From positions 19,716,995 to 19,780,994 of the forward strand of contig OZ037765.1 in NCBI GenBank assembly GCA_964035545.1: a stretch of 64,000 nt of DNA. The letters run 5' to 3'. The notes under the pieces are model-generated. The model had not been told where the DNA came from, did no database searches, and saw only the letters and a list, made by a program, of their open reading frames with translations. The translations under genes and the position numbers were made by a program. This stretch comes from Bugula neritina. Lineage: Eukaryota; Animalia; Bryozoa. Every line of letters begins with the position of its first letter. Positions within the stretch are counted from its first letter, which is position 1. Shown here piece by piece: positions 25,677 to 39,421 of this stretch.

Positions 25677-26795
25677 ATATTGCATTAAAAAGCAATTCTT
25701 ATTTTGATAAAAAGATTCAAAACAAATAGTACAGATGGCGTTATACACATTGGGTATTAATTTTTAGCAAGATACCATGTTAATTAATTTTCTTTTGGGT
25801 TATGCAGAACAACAATCATTATGATAAAAGCAGGATTAGGCTAAATTTTATTAATGCAAGATATATAATACTGTATGTTTCAATTAACAGGCAGTGAACT
25901 TAATGTCAGACATTGACATGGGCATCTTATAGTTTTGATTTATTTTGAAGATTAAAAACTTATCTGTATTTTTATTGTTAATAGTTATCTATATTCTGTC
26001 TCCTGGAAATATCTAACGCTAAGAAAATACATTGTCCATGAACTGAAACATGTCATAATTATATACTAACATCGTCACACTTGGTAGAGTTGCAATAATA
26101 AGTATCCTGGTTATTGATAATCTCTTATATGATATATAGTGTATTGCTTAAGAGCTGTGGGTTTGATTACATCACTTCCTCTAGACATTATAAAAGTCTG
26201 TACTGATTGTAAGTTGCATATTTGACGCAAATTTTGTTTAGCTGCATCACTCTTTATGTCTCAAGAAAGTCCAATTAACTGCCTGCCATTCATAAGCCAT
26301 CTTCAACTAAAACAAGTAGCATTTTATATATATAAAGTAAAGAACCGAAAGCTTCACTTTGATTTTCATCCTTGGTTTCAAGATTTTGAATTTTTTGATT
26401 GTTATTATCAAACCATATTTTTCGTAAAATTACTTTGATTTTCATTCTTTTAATCTTTGTCTTCAGGATTTTGAACTCTTTCTCTCCCCTTTTGTGATTG
26501 ATAATAATTGATTATTTCGAGTGTGAATTGTGTTATGCAGTTTAATTTTTATTTGTGTTCTCTACAACAATAGCAACGTTGTTGTTCGTTGAAAAATTAT
26601 AGTGAAAGTTTAGTGAACAGAGAGTTGGCACTGTGAGTACCTTTGGCCGTTTTGAACCAGTTGTTTAATTGATATCAGTCCCAAGTGTACGGAGTGAACA
26701 TACCTAATTATTAAATTTTTGTTGTTTTTTTTTCTTTCCTTTTTTGTTGATCACTAAACTTTCAATTATTTGTCAGGATACTGAAAAAATATAAC

Positions 26796-27695
26796 ATGCC
26801 TGGAGGAGCTAATAATAACAATAATGATAGTTCCTGTGGTGGTTGCAAGAGGAACATCAAAGGAGAATCAATCCAATGCAATGTTTGCACTCTGTGGTTT
26901 GATATTAAATGTTCAGATGTGGATAGTGCCACTGCAATTTTTTTGAAATCTCTTTCTGGCGAAAAGAGTTCAGTTCACTGGAACTGTTCCTCTTGTGAAA
27001 GTAGTTCAAAAAGGTTGCATGATATGATTGGTGCTGTTAATAACAGAGTGGCGCAGGTAGAATGTAAGATCAATGAGTTGAAACACTCTGTCACTTCCCT
27101 TGACACTACAGTTGAACATAGGATGGAAAGCGTAAGCCAGGATATAGACCATGCAGTGGCATCTATAAAAGCTGATTTTGATGTAGCTGTTGAAAACCAC
27201 AACAAAAAAATAGAGTGTGTTATGCAAGCTCGCCCCACCAATCTGGAGGAACACACCCGACTTGGGTCCAACTCCAGAAACAATAGAGCTAGTGAATCAG
27301 TTGTGACTCAGGTTGCTGGTGAGCTTAGAGAAAGACAAAAGCGAGCGTTAAATGTAGTATTCTCCGGAGAAGTAGTCAAAGACAAGATAACAAAGTTTTT
27401 AGAAGTAGCGAAGGTTGATCCTGCAACTAAAGTGCTTGAGATCACTACTAAACACAAAAAGATTATCTATATTGTCACGATGGACCAGGAAAAAGATAAA
27501 TGGACTGTAATTAGGAAAGCACGATCTATTAGCCTATCTACTGAGGGCTTGAAAAATATTTTTGTAAATCCTGATCTTATAAAAACTGAGCGAGAGGCAC
27601 AGTACTTGCTGAGACAGGAATTGAAAAGAAGGCGCCATGCAGTTAGGTGAAAGTGTTAAAATCAGTAAAGGAAAAGTTATTGAGGTTAGAAGTTA
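26796..27695 (+). pseudogene. LINE ORF1 (PHD finger, coiled coil), frameshifted near the C-terminus
   Basis: CGGC...CNVC.LWFD.KC...WNCSSC PHD-like motif; ERQKRALNVVFSG and IFVNPDL motifs typical of CR1/L2-group ORF1. Confidence 0.85.
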
Positions 27696-27746
27696 GAACG
27701 AGCAGAGGGAGACTAGACGGTGGAGAAAAACCTTACATTTAAACAA

Positions 27747-30462
27747 TGCAAATAAAAATGAATCTAGTTTCAAATTATGTTACTTAAATATATGATCACT
27801 TAGAAATAAAGTCACAGATTTAGAATTGGAGATTCAACAACACTCTAACATAGCTATTATCTGTTTAACAGAAACTTTCCTTAGCCCTGATATCAGTTCA
27901 GGAGAGCTGTCTTTACCTGGATATAATATTTTTCGTAAAAACAGAAACTAGCTAGAGGGGCGTTGCTGCCTATGTCCAATCAAAGTACAATGTTGATAAA
28001 ATTCCTATAACATCTCGAGCTGAATGCTTATTTCTAAAGATAGCTTCAGGTAGAGAAGTTCTCTTTATCTTGTTGGTCTATCGACCACCAAATAATATGG
28101 ACATAAATTTAATACCTGACCTACTTGACGAAATAAACAAAACTGTGCATAATTCAGAGAGCAAACTACTAATATGTGGTGACTTCAATCTCCCAAAGAT
28201 TGACTGACACAACTATAGAGCTACGGGCTCTTTTAAAATAACTAAACCCTTTTTAGCTAAAATTTCTGAACTTTACTTAGAACAACACATATATACACAC
28301 CTACTCATATCCATGGAAATACTTTAGACCTGCTTCTTACTAACAAATCAATAATTAAAAACATCTCACTAATAGATCCACACCTCAGTGATCATAATAT
28401 GATTCTGGCCACTTTAGAAACTAATCTTGATGCCAATTCTTCTCATATAACCAAAATTATCCACTTATATAATCAAACAGACTTTACTAACGCTCCAAAG
28501 ATCTCACTAAAATATGAAAACAAGATTAGCACTGCAATAAAACATAAATCAAACATTAATGATATCTACAATTTATTTCTGAGCCGCATAAAGGAACTTC
28601 GATTCACTTGTGTTTCTACAAAAACTGTTTGTGAGACTAAACATTCGCCATGGCTTAATAAAAACTTAAAAAAAGATTTATCAAAACAAAAAACACTTTA
28701 CAGCAAAATGAAACAGTCTCCTACTGAATATAACATACTTCGATTCCAAAAAACAAGAAAAACCAACAAAAAACTTATTAAATTAGCTAAAAAGTCTTAT
28801 CTAAACAGGATGTTATATAAACCACTGCAAAGTGGTAATAGCAAACCATTTTTTATATATATGAGAAAAATGAATGAAAACACTAAAAATACAATACCAG
28901 AACTAAAATATAATAATAAAGTAGCCAAAAGTGCTCAAGATAAAGCCAATACCTTAAATGAATTTTTTGAGCCCGTGTTCACACATGACGATGGTAAGAC
29001 AGTGAAACTGCTACAAAAATTTTCTGTAGATAATAGTGAAATAATAATAAATGAATCAGGTGTTAAAGAATTATTAATAAAAATCCATTCGAGCAAATCC
29101 TGTGGACCTGATAATGTAAGTGGAATATTACTAAAAACCTTTACCACTTATATAAGTGGTCATCTTACCAAGATATTCCATTATTCCATCAAAACAAACT
29201 CGATTCCAGATATCTGGAGAGTCGCCAAAATTACACCAGTTCACAAAAAAGGAGACAGACATATTCCCAATAATCACCGACCAATATCTCTTACATGTAT
29301 CCCTTGCAAACTTATAGAACACATCCTAGTGAGAGAGATAAATGCTCATTTGGAAAAACATATTATACTCACACCAGTACAACACAGTTTTAGAAAACAT
29401 AGGTCCTGTGAAACTCAGTTGGCGTATACCGCTAAAGAGTTATCTTTAAATATAGAACATGGTAGTATAACTGATCTTGTTGTTTTGGATTTTAGCAAGG
29501 CCTTTGATTCCATTAACCATAGAAAGTTGTTACAAAAATTATCAATGTATGGTATAAATTGCTTGATCTATTTATGGATTGAACAATTTTTGTCCTTTCG
29601 AAAGCAGTTTGTAATTGTGCACAATTCACCATCTAACGAGGTAAAAGTGATATCTGGTGTACCTCAAGGGTCGGTCCTGGGGCCTTTGCTCTTTCTTATC
29701 TATATTAACGACTTACCACTAGGTATCGACTCGCAGATCCGATTGTTTGCAGATGATGCATTGCTTTTCAATGTCAGAAAAAATAAAAATCAGCTACAAC
29801 AAGATCTAAACATCTTGGAGAAATGGTCCCATACCTGGCAGATGTGTTTTAATGCAGCCAAATGCTCAGTTATATCAGTTGGTGAAAAAAATTCTGATAT
29901 AATATATATTTTAAATAATACCAGATTAAGTAACGTAGAATCACATCCATATTTAGGTATTGAATTTAGTTATGACATGAAGTGGACCAATCATATAAAT
30001 AAAATAATAACCAATGCCTATAAAAACCTGGGAATGATAAAAAGAGTACTAAAATTTGCAGACACGAAAACTAAGCTTGTTGCATATTACAGTTTAGTGA
30101 GGTCAAAGTTGGAATATGGTTGTCAGGTGTGGAATCCTGTTTTAAAAAAAGATATTAAAATTATTGAAAAAGTTCAAAATAAAGCATTGCGTTTTATTTT
30201 TTCTATAAGATCACAAGTAAGCTACAGTAATCTGCGAGAAGCCACGGGAATTAAATCTATGAAAGACCGTGAAAAAGAATTGCGGCAAAAACTATTTTTC
30301 AAATGTATAGAAAATAATTTAATAAATCAAGGATATGTCGCTCCACAACCTCCAATTAATACCAGACAACACTCGAAGTTTTTCTTGCCTGCAATATCTT
30401 CAAAAGTATATTTTCACTCTTTTTATCCTTGAACTACTAGAGAGTTGAGAGATGGAATTTAG
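27747..30462 (+). pseudogene. LINE ORF2 (AP endonuclease + reverse transcriptase), disrupted
   Basis: ICLTETFL, GDFN, LDLLLTN, SDH, LDFSKAFD, GVPQGSVLGP, LFADD. Stops and frameshifts in the endonuclease part and a late TGA at 30430. Confidence 0.92.
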
Positions 30463-30665
30463 GCTAGAGTGTTGGTTTTTAAATATTTTTACTTACATTT
30501 TACTACGAAACCCTATAACTAAAGAAAAATAAAATAAAATAAATGAACGATCTAATATAAAAAAAGAGTATATACGTATTATATGCATATATTATGTATA
30601 TGCATATATCGAGTTTCCATGCATTCACCCTCCAAAGGTTCTTAGTGGGAAACTCTCCCAAACTG

Positions 30666-30777
30666 AAAGGATCTTCTAGCTTCTTGTGTTGCCAATAGCT
30701 CATGCACCCCTTAGCTTTTTAAAAAGTATATCGACTATGGAAAAGATGAAGATAATAGAAATAGCACTAAACTGTAA
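30666..30777 (+). pseudogene. Orphan SLC5 exon-14 fragment (unit 2)
   Basis: KDLLASCVANSSCTP* copy of 14132-14243 with a premature TAG. Its 5' stub is at 26336-26354. Confidence 0.85.
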
Positions 30778-32257
30778 AATATCTAATTGCTTCAAGTTAT
30801 TGCTTAGTATATATTATTCATGTTGTCTGAATGTCGATATATTTATACTCATGTATACTAATTTATTTGTCTACACGAATTTGCAAGCTTTTAAAGAGAT
30901 ACATGAGCATTGGGGGCAGCTGGTAGCTGATGATTATATTATTAATCAAAATTCCACTGCATAGCTCATTGAAACAATTCTACTTACCCATATTGAATCT
31001 ATATACAACATATATATTACATTATTACTCTATCGTAAAATGTTCTGTTGCTGGGCATTTAGAGACAATAAGAAATGCATATATTGTTACTACTCAAAAC
31101 GAGGCCACTAAAAATTGAAAATATAAATTCTACTTCGATTTCAGTTTGATTCATTTACAAGCATTAAGAACTTTATGAATGACACCCACAATTGCACACA
31201 ATACTGTTATATAATATTGGGAGAACCATGAGTCACAATTAAAAGAGCAGATAACCCTAAATACTAAGACATGTAAGGGTGTATGAATAATTGTAGTATT
31301 TTTTGTAGTGTACTTTGCTTAGTCACTATTGCTATTAGAAACATTTGGTCTTGTAGATTGAGTTACCAAAAACACTAGAGATTGTAATTACACTTTCAGT
31401 TTAATTGTAATATATCTAAAGTTTATGTATTACATTATAGCCAGTCTATTTAACTAAATGGCACAGTATCTGTAATTTCTCCATAAATCAGGGTGTAAAA
31501 TATGCTATATTCTATGCTTATATATTTTACATATAAGCATGCTAGATACCATAGCCATAAGATGCTGAGACTATTTTCTGCTATAGTGCTTTCAAATTTC
31601 TACGAGTAGCCTACTGGCCAGGTTTCATAAATAAGTGAATTCAGTTTTTGTCAATTAAGTAGCCTTGGCGAGCTTATTTCTCAAAGCAATGCACCTTGGC
31701 AGCCAAAAGCATTTCGTATAGGGATATAATGCGCAAAATCAATCAAGTGAGGCATATATGACTTTCACCTTGCATTGTTTACAGGCATTGGCATTTTTCA
31801 TATAGCATTAGGTTGTAACTAGAAACTATTTTTGTAACCATATTAGTCTTGTTATTCCAAGTTTTATCAGGTGATTTCCAAAAACATGTATTCTTATATT
31901 AAAAAAAGGCGAACATTAATATTGTGACAAGTGTATAGCTTCTACCAGCTATTGAGTAAGACCTACAGTTACTCTTACAACTAGGGAATTCGAAAGCCCA
32001 CTTAATTATTATTTATTAACATATGTACTCCTTTAATAGACATTTTGCTATTACATGTTACTTAATTAAAACAAGAAGCTTTAATTAACTAAATACAGTT
32101 GTTTTATTCTTGCGAATGAATAGAAATCACACAAAATATTTAGAAACTGAAATTATCCTCACATATCAAGTTGAGAGAAATACGTTAATTGTTCAGAGAA
32201 TCATCAAAACGGTCGTGTCCAGGTCAATGGTTGGCATGCAGCTAAGCATTTTGGTTG

Positions 32258-32656
32258 TTACTTTATAATACTTCCATTAAAACCAGGGTAAGAATTTTCT
32301 CCGGAAGGCCTTGGCCTTCTATTTTTACCCTTAGCTTCTGTTACCGAAGCTGCCAGGATAGACATACAATAATTAGATCATTCAACAACATTTTTATAGG
32401 CTTTAATGACGTTAGTTATGTAATCAACTGCAAATATCATCATTATAACTATTTATACATAGTTTTTTGCAAAAGACATAGCTAGCAAATTAAAAGTTAA
32501 TGAGAAAATATACTGCTGTTTTAATACTCACTGAAAACAAAACTTTTAATTTAAAAAAACACCTTTTTTCTTCTAAATAATATTGAATGTAAGTTTCAAC
32601 TTACCAAATGCACTGAAGGCAATCATAGCAATCAAAGCAACGGCAAGAATCTTCAT
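32258..32656 (-). CDS. Secreted cationic peptide precursor, copy 2 (47 aa)
   Basis: Exons 32656-32605 and 32349-32258 give MKILAVALIAMIAFSAFASVTEA-KGKNRRPRPSGENSYPGFNGSIIK*. Splice sites, TATA (33397-33391) and AATAAA are retained. Confidence 0.88.
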
Positions 32657-35081
32657 ATTGAATTTGTATCTATAAATAATCGTTTGTTATATAAGATTTT
32701 AATAAAATTAAATGCATATAATTAGTGTGTATATTTTAAATATTTTTAAATTAATAATTTGCATAGTATTATATCTTTAAACATTTATTTTAATGTTAAA
32801 TAGACAATTTATTACCATTTATAAATTTTTCAATAACTGGTTTTGATATAAAAATAATTTTATAGACAAGTATGGGTTGCTGGGCGTTTAAAATGATTAA
32901 TTATGAAATTATTATTATCTGAATTAATATACAGTTCGATATATTGTAGCTACCTAGCTGCTATGAACTTCTAACTGTACTACAGAGTTCTAACTCAACT
33001 AAACCTATTAAACTTTTATTTGACCATTTTCTACTGCAAATCTTGTTGAAAGCTTTATTTTTTTGAACAATTTTCATGTCCTTATATGAAAAGAAATAAA
33101 CCTTTATCAGTTTTGTTGATGTCTGATTTCCGTTTGAATAAGTGAAAAAAGATTCAAGTGTGCAATTTATAAAGATAATTTTGTTTTTGAGCAATAAAAA
33201 GAATAAGAAAAAAATATATATAAATTTAATTATTATAAAAACGTTAATCTATAGGCACATTTGCAAATATATTCAAATCCTAGGTTCATGAAGTTTTATA
33301 ATATGTTGAACACATACCTGCGTCTGACAATGCTCAGAGGATATGAACACTATTGTAGTAATTGAATACAGCCACAGTCTTTATATATTATTTTATAGAC
33401 CATTTTTCAGACTTGAAGTGTCAAGTAGTTGTTAATTGATTGGCTAATAACTTTCAATAACGTCTTAGAAACATACAATGATAATGATATGTTTGTTAAT
33501 AATGATCAAGCCTCTCAACAGAAATGATTGATAAATTTTCAGTAACCTGCTATGATAAAACCTTTTTTAAGAGAGATAACAAAGCAGCACTAATAATTAT
33601 ATGGGAAACAATTGTGTTAAACATTAAACTAGGAATTTACTATTGGATCAACTGTTTTTATTTTTCTATATCTATTCAATATAGTGGTCTTACAACTGTG
33701 CTGTTATGCTAAAGGTTTGACTACACACCAAAATCCAGTATAAAAATCCCAAAATATAGTGCAATAACTATAATGCATTTGCTAACCATGCAGCCATGTT
33801 CTGATTTAAGTTGTGGTGTTCAAACATAATTTAATTTAAAAAACTGAGATGGGTGTTCGTTTTTTCCAGTAGTCACAATTTAAGAAGTGCGTTTTCAAAT
33901 GTTCTTGTTACCTTAATTACAGCTGTAGCATTTTATGGTTCTTGGAGTTAAAGTGGAAAAGTACTTTTCCACTTTAACGTATCAGTCTTATAATTTTGAA
34001 AAAATCATTAATGTATAAATGGTTATCTTTAGAATAATAAATAAACTTCTTCAAATGTTCATAGAAAAATTGTCTTGATTATTTCTTCAATATTATATTA
34101 TCCATACGGTATTTCTGTGAAGTACAATGTTGTTTGAACGTGAAAAAGTGATTGCCATAAGTACCAATTGTAAATTAAACAAAAACTTTTGAATCTATAC
34201 ATAAATACATGGTTGTGGGAAGTACATAATTTAATAATCAAACAAATATAGAACAGGAAAATATTTGATTGCTGGAATAAAGCTAAAAAAACTCATTACA
34301 ATGACAAAACATAATAGGTTATCAGAGTGTAAAAAAATTTAGAAAAAGGTAAAAAACTAAAATATGCTTGCTAAGTAAGTAAACACATTGTCCAGCAATA
34401 AATTACAGCACTATCTAACTAACTACATTTATATATTGCATTACAAATATTTCCTTATTTTGATAAAAAGATTCAAAACAAATAGCAAAGACGGCGTTAT
34501 ACACATTGGGTATTAATTTTTAGGTCAGTAGGCATGTTATTAGCAAGATACCATGTTAATTAATTTTCTTTTGGGTTATGCAGAACAACAATCATTATGA
34601 TAAAAGTAGGATTAGACTAAATTTTATTAATGCAAGATATATAATACTGTATGTTTCAATTAACAGGCAGTGAACTTAATGTCAGACATTGACATAGGCA
34701 TCTCATAGTTTTGATTTATTTTGAAGATTAAAAACTTATCTGTATTTTTATTGTTAATAGTTATTTATATTCTGTCTCCTGGAAATATCTAACGCTAAGA
34801 AAATACATTGTCCATAAACTGAAACATATCATAATTATATACTAACATCGTCACACTTGGTAGAGTTGCAACAATAAAGAACTGTGGGTTTGATTACATC
34901 ACTTCCTCTAGACATTATAAAAGTCTGTACTGATTGTAAGTTGCATATTTGACGCACATTTTGTTTAGCTGCATCACTCTTTATGTCTCAAAAAAGTCCA
35001 ATTAACTGCCTGCCATTCATAAGCCATCTTCAACTAAAACAAGTAGCATTTTATATATATAAAGTAAAGAATCGAAAGTTT

Positions 35082-38000
35082 CACTTTGATTTTCATCTTT
35101 GGTTTCAAGATTTTGAATTTTTTGATTGTTATTATCATACCATATTTTTCGTAAAATTACTTTGATTTTCATTCTTTTAATCTTTGTCTTCAGGATTTTG
35201 TACTCTTTCTCTCCCTTTTTGTGATTAATAATAATTGATTATTTCGAGTGTGAATTGTGTTACGCATTTTAATTTTTATTTGTGTTCTCTACAACAATAG
35301 CAACGTTGTTGTTTGTTGAAAAATCATAGTGAAAGTTTAGTGAACAGAGAGTTGGCACTGTGAGGACCTTTGGCCATTTTGAGCCAGTTGTTTAATTGAT
35401 ATCAGTCCCAAGTGTACGGAGTGAACATACCTATTAATTAAATTTTTGTTGTTTTTTTTTCTTTCCTTTTTTGTTGATCACTAAACTTTCAATTATTTGT
35501 CAGGATACTGAAAAAATATAACATGCCTGGAGGAGTTAATAATAATAATAATGATAGCTCCTGTGGTGGTTGCAAGAGGACCATCAAAGGAGAATCAATC
35601 CAATGCAATGTTTGCACTCTGTGGTTTGATATTAAATGTTCAGGTGTGGATAGTGCCACTGCAATTTTTTTGAAATCTCTTTCTGGCGAAAAGAGTTCGG
35701 TTCACTGGAACTGTTCCTCTTGTGAAAGTAGTTCAGAAAGGTTGCATGATATGATTAGTGCTGTTAATAACAGCGTAAGCCAGGATATAGACCATGCAGT
35801 GGCATCTATAAAAGCTGATTTTGATGTATCTGTTGAAAACCTCAACAAAAAAATAGAGTGTGTTATGCAAGCTCGCCCCACCAATCTGGAGGAACACACC
35901 CGACTTGGGTCCAACTCCAGAAACGATGGTTATCCCAATAGAGCTAGTGAATCAGTTGTGACTCAGGTTGCTGGTGAGCTTAGAGAAAGACAAAAGCGAG
36001 CCTTAAATATAGTATTCTCCGGAGAAGTAGTCAAAGACAAGATAACAAAGTTTTTAGAAGTAGCGAAGGTTGATCCTGCAACTAAAGTGCTTGAGATCAC
36101 TACTAAACACAAAAAGAATATCTATATTGTCACGATGGCCCAAGAAAAGGATAAATGGACTCTAATTGGGAAAGCACGATCTATTAGCTTATCTACTGAG
36201 GGCTTAAAAAAATATTTATGTAAATCCTGATCTTACAAAAACTGAGCGAGATGCACAATACTTGCTGAGACAGGAATTGAAAAGAAGGCGCCAGTTAGGT
36301 GAAAGTGTTAAAATCAGTAAAGGAAAAGTTATTGAGGTTAGAAGTTAGAACAAGCAGAGTGATACTAGACGGGGAGAAAAACCTTACATGTAAACAATGC
36401 AAATAAAAATGAATCTAGTTTCAAATTATGTTACTTAAATATACGATCACTTAGAAATAAAGTCACAGATTTAGAATTGGCGATTCAACAACACTCTAAC
36501 ATAGCTCTTATCTGTTTAACAGAAACTTTTCTTAGCCTTGATATCAGTTCAGGAGAGCTGTCTTTACCTGGATATAATATTTTTCGTAAAGACAGAAACA
36601 TAGCTAGAGGGGCGTTGCTGCCTATGTCCAATCAAAGTACAATGTTGATAAAATTCCTATAACATCTCGAGCTGAATGCTTATTTCTAAAGATAGCTCCA
36701 GGTAGAGAAGTTCTCTTTATCTTGTTGGTCTATCGACCACCAAATAATATGGACATAAATTTAATACCTGACCTACTTGACGAAATAAACAAAACTGTGC
36801 ATAATTCAGAGAGCAAACTACTAATATGTGGTGACTTCAATCTCCTAAAGATTGACTGACACAACTATAGAGCTACGGGCTTTTTTAAAATCACTAAACC
36901 CTTTTTAGCTAAAATTTCTGAACTTTACTTAGAACAACACATATACACACCTACTCATATCCATGGAAATACTTTAGACCTGCTTCTTACTAACAAATCA
37001 ATAATTAAAAACATCTCACTAATAGATCCACACCTCAGTGATCATAATATGATTCTGGCCACTTTAGAAATTAATCTCGATGCCAATTCTCCTCATATAA
37101 CCAAAATTATTCACTTATATAATCAAACAGACTTTACTAACGCTCCAAAGATCTCACCAAAAATATGAAAACAAGATTAGCATTGTAATAAAACATAAAT
37201 CAAACATTAATGATATCTACAATTTATTTCTGAGCTGCATAAAGGAACTTCGATTCACTTGTGTTCCTACAAAAACTGTTTGTGAGACTAAACATTCACC
37301 ATGGCTTAATAAAAACTTAAAAAAAGATTTATCAAAACAAAAAACACTTTACAACAAAATGAAATGGTGTCCTACTGAATATAACATACTTCGATTCCAA
37401 AAACAAGAAAAACCAACAAAAAACTTATTAAATTAGCTAAAAAGTCTTATCTAAACAGGATGTTATATAAACCACTGCAAAGTGGTAATAGCAAACCATT
37501 TTTTATATATATGAGAAAAATGAATGAAAACACTAAAAATACAATACCAGAACTAAAATATAATAATAAAGTAGCCAAAAGTGCTCAAGATAAAGCCAAT
37601 ACCTCAAATGAATTTTTTGAGTTCGTGTTCACACATGACGATGGTAAGACAGTGAAACTGCCACAAAAATTTTCTGTAGATAATAGTGAAATAATAATAA
37701 ATGAATGAGGTGTTGAAGAATTATTAATAAAAATTGATTCGAGCAAATCCTGTGGACCTGATAATGTAAGTGGAATATTACTAAAAACCTTTACCACTTA
37801 TATAAGTGGTCATCTTACCAAGATATTCCAATATTCCATCAAAACAAACTCGATTCCAGATATCTGGAGAGTCGCCAATATTACACCAGTTCACAAAAAA
37901 GGAGACAGACATATTCCCAATAATCACCGACCAATATCTCTTACATGTATCCCTTGTAAACTTATAGAACACATCCTAGTGAGAGAGATAAATGCTCATT

Positions 38001-39309
38001 TAGAAAAACATAATATACTTACACCAGTACAACATGGTTTTAGAAAACATAGGTCCTGTGAAACTCAGTTGGCGTATACCGCTAATGAGTTGTCTTTAAA
38101 TATAGAACATGGTAGTATAACTGATCTTGTTGTTTTGGATTTTAGTAAGACCTTTGATTCCGTTAACCATAGAAAGTTGTTACAAAAGTTATCAATGTAT
38201 GGTATAAATTGCTTAATCTATTTATGGATTGAACAATTTTTGTCCTTTCGAAAGCAGTTTGTAATTGTGGACAATTCACCATCTAACGAGGTAAAAGTGA
38301 TATCTGGTGTACCTTAAGGGTCGGTCCTGGGGCCTTTGCTCTTTCTTATCAACGACTTACCACTAGGTATCGACTCGCAGATCCGATTGTTTGCAGATGA
38401 TGCATTGCTTTTCAATGTCAGAAAAAATAAAAATCAGCTACAACAAGATCTAAACACCGTGGAGAAATAGTCCCATACCTGGCAGATGTGCTTTAATGCA
38501 GCCAAATGCTCAGTTATATCAGTTGGTAAAAAAAATTCTGATATAATATATACTTTGAATAATACCAGATTAAGTAACGTATAATCACATTCATATTTAG
38601 GTATTGAATTTAGTTATGACATGAAGTGGTCCAATCATATAAATAAAATAATAACCAATGCCTATAAAAACCTGGGAATGATAAAAAGAGTACTAAAATC
38701 TGCAGACACAAAAACTAAGCTTGTTGCATATTACAGTTTAGTGAGGTCAAAGTTGGAATATGGTTGTCAGGTGTGGGATCCTGTTTTGAAAAAAGATATT
38801 AAAATTATTGAAAAAGTTCAAAATAAAGCATTGCGTTTTATTTTTTCTATAAGATCACAAGTAAGCTACAGTAATCTGCGAGAAGCCACGGGAATTAAAT
38901 CTATGAAAGACCGTCAAAAAGAATTGCGGCAAAAACTATTTTTCAAACGTATAGAAAATAATTTAATAAATCAAGGATATGTCGCTCCACGACCTCCAAT
39001 TAATACCAGACAACACTCGAAGCTTTTCTTGCCTGCAATATCTTCAAAAGTATATTTTCACTCTTTTTATCCTCGAACTACTAGAGAGTTGAGAGATGGA
39101 ATTTAGGCTAGAGTGTTGGTTTTTAAATATTTTTACTTACATTTTACTACGAAACCCTATAACTAAAGAAAAATAAAATAAAATAAATGAACGATCTAAT
39201 ATAAAAAAAGAGTATATACGTATTATATGCATATATTATGTATATGCATATATCGAGTTCCCATGCATTCACCCTCCAAAGGTTTTTAGTGGGAAACTCT
39301 CCCAAACTG
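35082..39309 (+). mobile_element. CR1/L2-group LINE, copy 2 (segmentally duplicated, more decayed)
   Basis: Same insertion junctions and shared lesions as copy 1. ORF1 from 35523 has an in-frame deletion and a frameshift; ORF2 is broken by several extra stops. Confidence 0.93.
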
Positions 39310-39421
39310 AAAGGATCTTCTAGCTTCTTGTGTTGTCAATAGCTCATGCACCCCACAGCTTTTTAAAAAGTATATCGACTATGGAAAAGATGAAGATGAT
39401 AGAAATAGCACTAAACTGTAA
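39310..39421 (+). pseudogene. Orphan SLC5 exon-14 fragment (unit 3)
   Basis: KDLLASCVVNSSCTPQLFKKYIDYGKDEDDRNSTKL* directly after the LINE 3' end. Confidence 0.85.

Larger units (their letters stand above)
26355..30665 (+). mobile_element. CR1/L2-group non-LTR retrotransposon (LINE), near full length, inactivated, copy 1
   Basis: PHD-finger ORF1 and APE+RT ORF2; 3' hairpin TGGGA-AACTC-TCCCA followed by AACTG. Flanked by the two parts of an SLC5 exon-14 copy. Confidence 0.93.

Noticed and set aside
30647-30660. NF-kB-like site GGGAAACTCTCCC
   Set aside because: Better explained as the LINE 3' stem-loop, and it lies downstream of the peptide genes.
14132-30665. The 4.4-kb duplication as a giant LINE target-site duplication
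   Set aside because: Initially attractive, but a 17/19 match to the exon-14 5' stub sits left of the LINE, implying insertion into an exon copy. Kept only as an alternative model.
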